From Enoplolaimus lenunculus (lineage: Eukaryota), in the NCBI GenBank assembly GCA_030248215.1, contig JASANG010000424.1:434001-498000 (forward strand): a stretch of 64,000 nucleotides of DNA, written 5' to 3'. The position numbers and the translations under genes were made by a program. Under the pieces are notes generated by a model. That model did not search any database. It was not told the DNA's origin and saw only the letters and a program-made list of their open reading frames with translations. Positions 38,301-49,409 of this stretch are shown piece by piece; position 1 is the stretch's first letter, and each line of letters starts with the position of its first letter.

Positions 38301-41300
38301 TGAAATCTACAAACTTTTATCGTCATTATTTCGGAATTTTAATTCCAGTAAAAATTTACCGGAACAGGGAAGGTCAGAATTTGCCGGAATAGAAATTCCG
38401 GTTGCACCCTGATCAACAGCTTCTCACTCAGACGCTAATAAGCTTACCTCAACACAAATTTGTAATATTTTTTCAAGACATGTCAAAACGTCAGCTGTTT
38501 GCCCGCTGATGCGCACAACTCGCTCAGTCGAGTAAGGGCAGCGTTCGCTGAAAACTTTCACTTCCGCGTTTGTTTGCTAAAAAAGTTAAAAACTAGCAGA
38601 ATGCAAATGAAAAAATAAAAAAGTTTGCAACGACATTCCAGAAGCATACAAAATGATTGGTGCTCATACATAAATATAAACACTAGTGATAACATATCTT
38701 GGTCTGGTTCTGCAAATACCACAAATTTTAAAACATACAGTCTGCATATTACGTAGGTAATTACTAATTAAATTTATATTTGCACAAACGGAGGAATTCT
38801 CAGCGCAGCAAACATCACGATGCAAACGGATACCAAATAATCAATATCCCGTTGTGGCATTCTAAGTAAATAGGAATATATACCTCTCGCAGTTCTTTGA
38901 TTTTGCTTCCTCCGCGACCAATAACAGCACCTGCAATGCTCGCATGTACGATCATTCGCAACTCGCTGTTTTCGCCACCCAATCGTGCCTGATTAACCTG
39001 AAGCAATATTAGCTTAAAACAAAACAAACCAGGGAGTAAAAAGCAGGAAAGCGTAGTTTCGTTTAAGAACTAAACCTGAAGACCGACTGCAAACAAATCG
39101 AACTCGAGACTAAACTGAGGTTTCCCTTGAGTGCGAAGAAGGGCCAACACAATTAAGCTCAAAACTTCCGACGCCTCCCTTGGCTTGACCTCACCCACAC
39201 CATTTTCACCCCTCACCTTAAGCAAACAAAAATAATTTACATACTGCAGATGTGCAATATATAAGTTACGTACGAAACATGGTTCGCAAAGCATTACAAG
39301 GCCATACACTGAATCGGCTGACTGTCTCTGCCATCTAAATCCAAGCTACAATGAACGCAAAGCCCGATTTAAACACAAACACCGATTTCTGGGTACTACT
39401 AACTTCGTCCAACCGCTCCATTAAATCACGAACAACGTCAATCAACTTGTCGTGATCGGGACCGGTGATCGTCAAAATCCTAAAAACTGCGAATCATGAA
39501 CAGAAATATTGTAATAAACCATACCTATATATTATAATATTTTTTATATTCTTTTAATAAAACTTTATTACCCTTCTTTGTTGTCCATACAAAAATCTGA
39601 AACATAGGTATTGCCCACCACAGCAATAAGCAAAGGTACGTACTTTTGGACCAGGAACTAAAACCGACCAACTTTAAAATATATTTGATTTGCAGCACTC
39701 GACTCAGATGCCAAACGCTACACCAAACTATATACCTATAGTGCTACAAAAGTTAATGTGGTTTGGTTGGGAAGCTATGGCGAATTGTAAGCACTAACAA
39801 TGGAATTGGCAAGTATATATTGTCATCAAATGCTCACTATGATTGTGTTTAGTTGAAAAAGCTGGATTCTCATTTAGCGAAATAAAGTAAAACAGGGTTC
39901 AACTGGAACTCCGGTCCCGGGTTAAAATTGTATTTACCCGCATATGCGACCGAATATCAAGTTTCTTTTTTACTTTGCTCGAAAAACTGTCATTTGACTA
40001 TGTTTGAAAAACCGAACACCAAATTTTGTTTCATTTAAAGGAAAACGAGCAGTAAATACCTAACGAAAATAATTCCCTATTTCGGCTTATGTTCAGAGAA
40101 CAACATCTCTCTGTTCGAGATCCGGCTATATTACAATTCAGTTTCGGATGGAACCCTGAGTCCAGCATATACTCAATAATCCTAATATATTATATATACG
40201 AAATCACCAGACCAACCCACTTTGCTATTCAAACCCAAGCCCATTATTAACACTAATGCAATACCTATATATAACCCGGCATGAATATAACTAACGCGTA
40301 CCGGTCAGGACTATTACTGTCGGGGATACTAATTTGAACGCCTTGGAACTGAAGAAGTAACACAACAAGCGGTTACAGTATCCCAAAAAACATGTGGTAG
40401 TAATAATAGACCATGGGGCATTCAACACAATCAATTCGTTAAAGATTGTGTGATGCCCCCTTAATTGGCCGGGCCAGGTTGGTTTCAGTGCGATACCAGA
40501 GCCAGGCCATAATGATACCCAAGCGGTTGTCCAGATTCATCAAAATTCCGTGGTTTCGCGCGGTCATAACAGTGAGGTTTGGCCAATTGGTAGTGTGGTC
40601 GTGGTGGTAGTGGAGGAAGTATATGAAAACAAATTCCCACGGGTTAAACACATCAAAAATAAAAGATTGTACAAGTATCTGAATGTTTACGAACTACTTC
40701 TGTTGAACGTAGTTTTCTTACTGGTACTAATAACTCTATACTGTTCGTATTAAATGCAACTACTTAGTGTTATGGCTCATGTATTACAACAACAATCAAA
40801 ATACTTTTAAACCGGAGTGTACGGCGTACAGGTGCACAAAATCAATATTTCATCATAAGTTATACAATAGATAAAGACGAAACATGGCGGCCCAAAGGTA
40901 CCAACAATTGCTTTCAAAGATACTGTAAATGTTTTAATCTAAGTACGTAGATTTGTATACGTTGTCAACTATATACATTAAAGATAAAATAAAATTACCG
41001 CTTCTCTGATCCGCTTGATATTTTCCCCTCCCTTTCCAATAACAGCTCCGGCGGCCTAAAATGTTACACAGGTCGTAACAGAATACGTATATCAGTGTGC
41101 AAAGCCTGGATTGTATGTATCGGCAAGGTGGCACCGAATCCAGGATTTGACCGAATACGAATCCATTGCTAATTTGCCGAATCCCAAACCGAATCCTGCA
41201 TGTCGCAAATTTGAGATATATCTATAATTTGTTTCAGAATATCAATGCAATGCCAGCCTTATAACTTTTAATGCGTTAATATTATACGTCCCGACGTCAG

Positions 41301-42739
41301 TTCTGAGATTTCTCACCTGAAATAAAAATATTGATTTTTATAGCAAGGTATTTAAAAAATTTTATTGCTTAAAAACGAAAAATGTTGTCGAACACTGTTG
41401 GATTCGGCTTTTGGATTCGGCTTTTCCACAACCAAATCGGAATCCGAATCCGACCCTCAAATTTTTGCAGAATCCGAATCCGAACCTTTCTTGCCACCCT
41501 GTGTATCGGAACAGGAAAAGGAAACTTATACCGGAAAAGAAATTACAAACTTTGTAACTACCCGGATTTGCATATATTAATAGTATAAGTACGTAATATT
41601 TTACTTGCATAATGTCTGTTAGCTGGCAAACCGGGGCAGCGGCAAAGCAGCACAGTATTATACCGGAATAAAAACAGCAGATTTATATACGTATACCGGA
41701 ATCGAAACAGCAAGTTTATCAGGCTGCAACCGGAATTCCGATTACGATTCCGTTTCAAAACGAGTTCCGACTTCGATTCCGATTGCAAAATCAAGCGGAA
41801 TTTTGAAGTCAACAGACGCCCTAAATCAATTACACAATCTGAATCGAAACTCGTTTTGAATCGAAGCACATAGCAGCTTAGCCCAGGCCAAATTGCTATT
41901 ATATACCTATATACCAGGGTGCAACCAGAATACGCAATTTGCCGGAACCGGAATTTGAAAAAATTACTGAAAACGGAACCGGAAAATGAAAAATACATGA
42001 TATCGATCCATCTAATTTTTATCGTCATTTTTTAGAAAAACATCTTAATTTCCCCCGACCAAAATGTAAAACCGTAATGTTATTTCGCCACTCTCTGAAT
42101 TTACGCATACATATATTTAGGGATGTTTCAATAAATCGGCACCGGTAATAATCATCACTTTGCGCGACATTATCGGCATCGGTGCTGCGAGAAAATTAAC
42201 ACTAATGAGTTGGAATGCATTAATTTTACTTGTAGGCATGTATCAGTGTAGATTATGGAAATGTCTTCTTTAGCGTTTGGTAAAATCAATTGAAATGAAC
42301 CGTTCTCAAAAATTGTTTATGGCTAAATTTCAAGCCTTCAAATTTATAATGTAATGCAGTATCCTATCTGTAAGTTAAGCATCGTGTATTATAATTTGAA
42401 TCGGGATTCGATATATTTTCAAAATAAAAACTCGGCAACGACAAATTTTCAAAATAAGAATTTGGCAATAATTTTGGTATAAGCACGTACATCCCACAAA
42501 GGGAAACATTTGTTTTACAATAACCCGAGTGCAAACACTAAAGCAGCTGGTAAGTACATCCACTAACGAACAGAACAGATACTAATATATCAATATAAAA
42601 CCAACGGTTACAACTGCCGTCTCATTACAAACAACAATATGCACATCACCTTGCTGTGTATTAGAAGTTTGAGTTCGGGACCGTCAGATCTTTTCTTCTT
42701 CCCGCCAGATTGGAAGTTGTCAAAACGACGTTTCATCAT
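35375..42739 (-). CDS. hrpk-1: Heterogeneous nuclear ribonucleoprotein K orthologue (three KH domains plus RGG/Gly-Met-Pro linker), about 367 aa, 11 exons
   Basis: Exons 42650-42739, 40999-41055, 40302-40348, 39404-39479, 38884-38997, 38448-38576, 37734-37912, 36738-36804, 35864-36114, 35505-35551 and 35375-35421 total 1104 nt in one frame. The three GxxG KH motifs are [26 protein letters not shown] and [13 protein letters not shown], followed by the hnRNP K-typical PYDPENFD and [14 protein letters not shown]. The last exon is less certain. Confidence 0.93.
37060..37690. repeat. Three diverged units of about 160-170 bp in an hnRNP K intron (possible Helitron-like relic)
   Basis: TAACTATTC...GGTTTG...TTATTCAGATTCCTC..CAAAAA..TAATAATT...ATGCAAATT recurs three times and ends with AAAATCGATTCAGCCGTTCC. 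Confidence 0.55.
38100..38411. mobile_element. hAT-like MITE (CAGGGTGCAACCGG TIR, CCGGAA sub-repeats) in an hnRNP K intron
   Basis: Exact 8-bp TSD ATCAACAG on both sides. Confidence 0.9.
41124..41501. mobile_element. hAT-like MITE (CA(A/G)GGTGGCA TIR, CCGAAT sub-repeats)
   Basis: Exact 8-bp TSD TGTATCGG. Confidence 0.85.
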
Positions 42740-43561
42740 TTGCCTGGCTTGTTAATGAATAACACTGCTAAGCTGTGAATTAAAATAAATAAAATTTCCA
42801 GCACCTGTAAATCATAAAACATTCAAATGGTGCTATCAACCGCTCTGTTTTGACACTCACACGCCAAAACACGAATTTTTGACAAACGCAACACGCGATT
42901 CCGTGTTGTTCGTTCATGCCCCTTTTCAAGCAATTTTAGCATGACACAGCGGAAGAACCTACACTCCTTTGAACCGACCACGACAACCCAAAAATCTGTT
43001 GTAGGCAACATGTCAGATGCGTATTTAGTAGCTACGAAAAGTATTATTTATTGCGCCGCAGTTGTCGGTAAATTACGTTGGGCCCGAACAAGATTTTGCC
43101 CGTTTGTCTCGTTATCGATTAAGGTACAATTTTCAGTTTTGAAAATTTACGCAACGGCAACTTTCACAATTTGAATTAGAGTACGGAACAGTTATTTCCG
43201 ACATAAGGATAAATAAGATAGTCAGATAGTCAGCCGCCTTGATTGCAGATTTGGTGTACGGCATTAACCTATAAACTGAATTCACTTCTCTCGCTGAGAC
43301 TCAAACTAAAGTTTTCGTTTCAGAAAAAATTCCATTATAAAAAATAATGTGTTTCAAATCAGTTAATGTTTATTTTAAATGTGGCTGTGGAATAAACGTA
43401 AAAAATCAAGCAAGACAAGGCGTTACCGTTAATATTTATTGAGCTTTTAACTTCTGACAATTAAATATGTGATTCAGAGCGGTTTTAATTGGTTAGCTGC
43501 TCACTGTTTGGACCTGGGCCATTGTTTGTAAAGACTAGTTACGGACTAATATTATTATTAC

Positions 43562-43615
<54 letters not shown>

Positions 43616-43857
43616 ACAAGACATTTATTGTTCCAAAATTATAGAAGTGCACACTGCATTTTAATCGCTAATGCCTTACGAATGGAGCTTGTCCAGTTGG
43701 TTTTATTATTATTTTTAATATTGCAATGCGAGGGTCGTATTGCAACAATTCACGTAATTGAAAGGCAGGTGTAAATATCATAGCTAGCAGGCTCTTATTG
43801 AAATTACAGAAACGTCTATGGAAGTATTGAATCGCAAATGTTTCAGTCAATTCCAGA

Positions 43858-44020
43858 CGGCCCCGTAGCCAAGGGTGGCCAGAGGGTGAGCTCAGCCCCC
43901 CTGGAAAATTTTGGTCCTTCCTAGAAAGTTTTCATTTGTGCTTGTAACTCATTGAAAACCCTTGAATGCCCCTCCTGAAAAAATTTTCCCCCCTAGTAAA
44001 GTGAGCTGGCTTCGGGCCTG
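43858..44020. mobile_element. hAT-like MITE (GC-rich termini, CCCGTAGCC / GGCTTCGGGCCTG)
   Basis: Exact 8-bp TSD ATTCCAGA; a similar element lies at about 34863-34973. Confidence 0.8.
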
Positions 44021-44087
44021 ATTCCAGATTGTTCAACCTGGTTGTAAGCGGATATTTGTTTCCGGTTAAAATCGGTGTTGTCCGGTT

Positions 44088-44290
44088 TGTAAGCATATAA
44101 GGCGTGCTTGTCCTTGTGCATATGCAATATATCTGCAATGCACATTGTGTTTGTGTACTATGCTTGCCGGCAGCATGCGATCGACATATAGTTCATGAAA
44201 GAAGCAGTTGGAGAAACAGGCTAGTTGGCGCAGTGGTAACAGCGTCTTCTTCACACCTGGAAGGTCGCTAGTTCGAAACCACCCGTAACA
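44088..44290 (+). mobile_element. Dispersed repeat starting TGTAAGCA with a downstream tRNA-like module (solo-LTR-like or SINE-like)
   Basis: Shared GACATGCTTGTCC..GTGCATATGCAAT..CAGCAT..GTCGAC body, then A box TGGCGCAGTGG and B-box-like AGTTCGAAACC. Copies lie at about 3156-3350, 44718-44880, 44940-45000 and 58788-58985. Confidence 0.6.
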
Positions 44291-44325
44291 TGCTGCAACC
44301 TGATATTAATTTGCCGAATGTAAGC

Positions 44326-44716
44326 CAGGGTGCAACCGGAATTCCGGTTCCGGCAATTTTTCACCTTCCGGTTCCGGTTCCGGTAAATTTTTACCGGATT
44401 TAAAAATTCCGGTATTATAATTTGGCCGTTTTCTTAACTTTGCTAATTTTTAAGAATCTCTTTTGACAGCCACTTGTACTCCGAATATAAGCCATTGATG
44501 GTGGATTTCACTTCAGTCGATGATGAAAATCTAAAATACAACAAATAAAATAAATACCTATGTTCGACTAAGGTTATTTCACAAATAATAGAGCAAAAAA
44601 TAAGATTAAAATGAAATTTTTGGTGAAATGCATTTTTCATTCTCCGGTTCCGGTTCCGGTAAAATTTTCAAATTCCGGTTCCGGTTCCGGTAAATTGTAA
44701 TTCCGGTTGCACCCTG
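44326..44716. mobile_element. hAT-like MITE, CAGGGTGCAACCGG family
   Basis: Exact 8-bp TSD ATGTAAGC. Further copies lie at 46945-47341, 61479-61900 (TSD GTTTGTGA), 39893-40158, 41915 onward (partial) and the related element 31390-31799 (TSD TTCA(C/T)AGC). Confidence 0.9.
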
Positions 44717-45114
44717 ATGTAAGCATATGAGACATGCTTGTCCGCTATGTGCACATGCAATACAGTGCAGTGCACTGTATGTATGCTAGCTGGCAGCATC
44801 GGTCGACATATGGCGTAGTGCTATAGTGAGTGTTTGCGTAATTATTCGTAGGCAGACAGTTCGATCCCTGCGCTGGAGCACTGATCCAGTCGAAAATAGG
44901 ATGGACGGTCTAGGGATGACCTTGTAGAACATAAGGGCATGTAAGCATGGGACATACTTGTCCGTTATGTGCACATGCAATATAGTGTAGTGCACTGCTA
45001 TGTAATCCAAACTTATTTTAACACATACACGTAGTGATGAAAATCATCATTATTATGAAATTGAACCGAAACAAAAATTTAGTCTCATTATTGTAATTAA
45101 AGACGTAATTTAAA

Positions 45115-48100
45115 ATGATTTATAGCAAACCGGCTAGTTTGCGCCATCTTGGTCGCAGATTGTCTACAATGTCTTCAAGTCGACGTAAGCGATTCTATAA
45201 GGATGTTAATGTTATATCAACTTCGATGTAAGTCTACATTAAGGGTTGAGCTGTACTTTTTAGACATTTCAGTGTCATGCGTCTGTTGACACCGCGTGCG
45301 GCATCGTACGGAAAGATATGTTTTAAAAGTTAATGTGCGGTCTCTATACCCTTGCAAGTTTTTCGCTCTTGATTATGGAGCAAACTTTGGTTTGCACTGT
45401 CTGAAAGCTGCGTAGGCGAAGGGCAACAATGCCGACTTTTGGCGATAGTATTATTGTCCTGTCATTGGCATTTTGCGGTTTTGTTGGATTTCAAAACGTC
45501 CGTTGTTTATTCTTTCTGAAACTGTACTTGATGTGACAAGTGGCGGATCCATGGGGAGGGCCACCCTGGCCGTGGTCCCCCTCCAACAGCATCTCGACAA
45601 AAATTATATAGAGTGTCAATTGCTGTTCTATGAAATAAATTGAAATCCATAACCGCTAATGCTAAAACATTGTCCGAAAATAGTAGGCAGTTCCAACTCA
45701 TTCAAAACAGAAACGGATATTGCTGAACCTGACTGGATTTTGTTTATTCAAAACTGAATTGGCTTCCGAATCCGAGCCTTTAAATAATTGAACGAGCGTA
45801 AGGAAGTCAATTTTATGGCAATAGTTCGTGGTTTGTGGGTGGGTCAAAAATAAGTTTAGTACCTGTGAAATTTTGGCCCCCCATTTTGGAAATCCTGGAT
45901 CCGCCACTGGATGTGACTTATTTTTTATTGTTATGCGCAGGGTTCTAACACGAACTATATTAGACGGAAACCGCAACAGGAATAGGATTTGAACTTTTCT
46001 TCGGAAAAAAGGAGCATAAACCTGTAGTAGTGTGAATAATAACCGAATCACTGCTAATAATATGCAGCCACAAACGAATTCTAGTGGAACGCTGGTGTAT
46101 ACTTGAATTTCAGTATGGCTGTAATGTTGAAGTAAATGGTGCCTGCTGAATAAAATTTCGCTGTGAATCTATGAATTTGCATAGCTACGCATCATTTACG
46201 AGCAGATATTATGAAGAAACACAGAAAAACTATGAAAAACACAAAAAACTACAAAAAAGCATTGAACTAGGTATATAATTTATTTTGAAAATTTAAATTT
46301 ATTCGGCGATGACCGAGACCAAAACTTTTCTTGGCCGGTCTCGGTTGTCAGGTTTTGGACTCGGTTTGTAACCGAGACCACCCATCCCTGGTCCGGGATC
46401 GTCAAGGTCGAAATTTTGTTATTATATTTCGTTAGGTAATGTATTTTCAAAACGTTTACTAACGTATTTATCACATTGTCAAACGATTTTGTGTTGTAAA
46501 AACTAAATACTAAAGGTAACCTTTATTTTTCTGTTTGATTTGCCAAAATCATGTTTATATAAATATTTATTATATATGTTATTTACTATTCTAGTCATGA
46601 CCCGGTGGTTAGCGGGCAACAACTACTGTTCGAAATTTGTGTTGACGGTCGAAAAGTGAAAACTCCATCCCAGAACGATCTAAGGGTGCGGCATGAAACG
46701 CTTGCGAATATGATTGCTGCCGAATGGGACGCCCAGTCACAGTATGTCGACATGACTAGCATGCATTTGACTGCACTTGCATTCACAGCGATTGGTAAGC
46801 ACAGATTTATTTGAAATTTGAGCTATTTGCTTAGGCTAAATTTTGTTGTTTTGAATATTTTAGTTGGAGGAAGTTGGTTTCTGTCGGTGTTGGGTGGGTA
46901 AACTATGTTCGAATGTTTCAACTTTCCCAGCTAGCACTAGACAGCAGGGTGCAACCGGAATCACAGTTTACCGGAACCGGAATTTGAAAAATTTACCGGA
47001 ACCAGAAAATGAAAAATACATGCCACCGAAAAATTCAGTTTCATTTATTGCAGTATTATTTACGAAATAATCCTAGTTGGGGATAGGTATTCACATTATC
47101 TGTTGTATTTTAGGTTTTCATAATGCACGGAATCGCAATCTACCTTCGACTGTTTTTTTGCTGCGATTGTCAAAGGTTTATATACTATACAAATGAAATT
47201 ATTAATTTTTATTGTCATTTTTTTGTAAAATATCATAATTTCCACCGACCAAAATTTAATACCGGAATTTTTAATCCCGTAAAAATTTACCGGAATTGGA
47301 AGTTCGAAAGATGTCGGAACCGGAGTCCCTGTTGCACCCTGCCATACGACAATCTCTGGGCAACAAAAATACATTCTCTGTGCAACAAAAGGGAAGTATG
47401 AACAACTGTAACAAAGAAATTAGTATATTTTTTCTTTGTAGTGGTAACGAAGCTGCTTTTGTCAATGCAAATGAGTTGATGTATTATGAAAGCTAAGTTG
47501 CAATGCAGATGAGTTATGTTGCTATTGCTATCTAACGGCTATGATTAAATAAAAGTGTTAGTCTGAGGAGCGGCCTCAGGCTGTTTTCCGTAATGCCGTT
47601 GATTCTTTATGTTCTTGGTAGTGTTTGCTAACGCATCTGTTCGCTCGATTTCGTGCTTCGTAAAAGCAAGAGTTTGCGAATTTAAGACAATCCACAACAG
47701 AAAACCAAGCAAGATCTGATTTCGGAAATACTCAAATTTCTTGAAGGTGATACACTTTTGTATCTCACGCAAGAGGATGCTACGCTAGCTGCAAATCAGG
47801 TAAATGTTTTTAAGCTTAAGTTATTTTGTAGTTGTATCTGGAAATTTGTGGTCTTTGCTGAAATTTTTTGATGTTATCTACAGCGCTAAATAGGTTAACA
47901 CAATTTGATCATTGTCATTTCCAAAGTACTTAATAATACAATTGTACAACTTTGACTTAATGAAATTTCTTTTAAACTATTAGAACCTCGTGGATTTTCC
48001 GAAAAATTAACTTTTAGAGAGCTCATTGGCTTCCTTTGCTTGATTGGGTAAACCAACGCTATAGCTTGGATATTCGGCCTACTACTTCTCTGGCTCCTCC

Positions 48101-49409
48101 TGTTATTTCGAGGAAATCGCTAGATGCGCTGACGCGTTACCTTCAGACTTATCCGCAGACAGCGTTGTTTGGATATCGCTATGCAGTAGATTCGCTCAAG
48201 TCGCTAATTGTTGCAATTGGAGTTGTGGAACATAACGTTAGTGTATATAGTTGTAGTAGGGTGTTTTAGAAAGGTCTGAAAAGGGAACGAACTTTTTTCC
48301 AATGGGGTTTTAATGTAAACATAAAGACGCAGTCAGCCTTTTGCGTACCGTGGATCGCGCCGTAGCAGCATTAGAAGGTATTTCGTTTGAATTAGTGAAG
48401 TTACAACTTGAGTATTTAATGCTGACTAATGATTGATTGTCTACTAGTGCTTATGCGTGCCCAAAAGAGGTCGGTAGGCCGAGGTCCTTATTGCAAAATA
48501 CTTGAAAAATTTTGTTTCAAAGGCAATATTGCAGTTGTTTTTCGGGTGACACCTCCTCCAGTCGGTATTTCTAGGTATGTCACTACGCTGCTAATGCTTA
48601 TATTGGCTCAGAAACGACCCGTAGTTACGTATTAGGGCACTCTTTGTAATTTTTAAGATGCGTTTGTAATAAGTTGCATAATTTCATACTGTTATTTAAT
48701 ATAATTTGTCCGCAAATTTTGCATTTTGATACTAATATGACGCCGTGATGAGACAAGTCATATACAAAAGCTGTCTTTCTGTATCGGACTTTCGCCAGGC
48801 TTAGATCTAGTTTGGCATAGACCTAATTTAGACGTGGAATCATGTCCAAACTTAGTCTTAGTTTTGAGCTTCTTGGTCGGTATGTTGAAACCTAAGCTTC
48901 TGACCTCTCTATCTTCCCATTTTTGTGGCTGTTTTCTGCCAGGTTTAACCTGGTCGAAAACATAGTGTACATGACATAAAGATAATATGGTGCCTCCCAG
49001 TCTGAAAAAGTGGGGGCATCAACGTGGGAACAAACCAAAAGTATAGACTTGGCTGTACGGAAGGCACCCAATCCCATCCACCACCACGGAGAGACAAGAG
49101 CTTAGGCTTATGGGTGGTTAGAGCGCTGACCTTTGGCGTAACATTAGGTTTAATCCGGCCGACACTGATCGCGATTGTCCTACGCATAGGTAGGCCTTGA
49201 GATATTTCAGTTTTCCACTAGTTTAGATCGATGCTGAACTAGCAGTCAAGCTGGCTTCACTCGAACAATCGGTTCAAATTGACGCATGGGGTCGTATTGA
49301 AGGTGCTCACGACGTTGATTTCAATGAAACTTTAAGTCGTCTTGCTGCCGGTGTTCTTTTTGCTCAGTTGAACTCGGCTCCGGGTAGACTTTTCGTTCAA
49401 AAGGAGTGA
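45115..49409 (+). CDS. ATPAF2: ATP synthase mitochondrial F1 complex assembly factor 2 (ATP12 family), about 275 aa, 5 exons
   Basis: Exons 45115-45227, 46595-46794, 47687-47799, 48018-48236 and 49227-49409 total 828 nt in frame. An Arg/Ser-rich presequence is followed by RKRFYKDV, DGRKVKTP, IAAEWDAQ, MHLTALAFTAID, DTLLY, SLKSLI and WGRIEGAHDVD, all characteristic of ATP12. Confidence 0.93.
45538..45909. mobile_element. hAT-like MITE (AGTGGCGGATCCA / TGGATCCGCCACTG TIR) in ATPAF2 intron 1
   Basis: Exact 8-bp TSD GATGTGAC. Confidence 0.85.
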
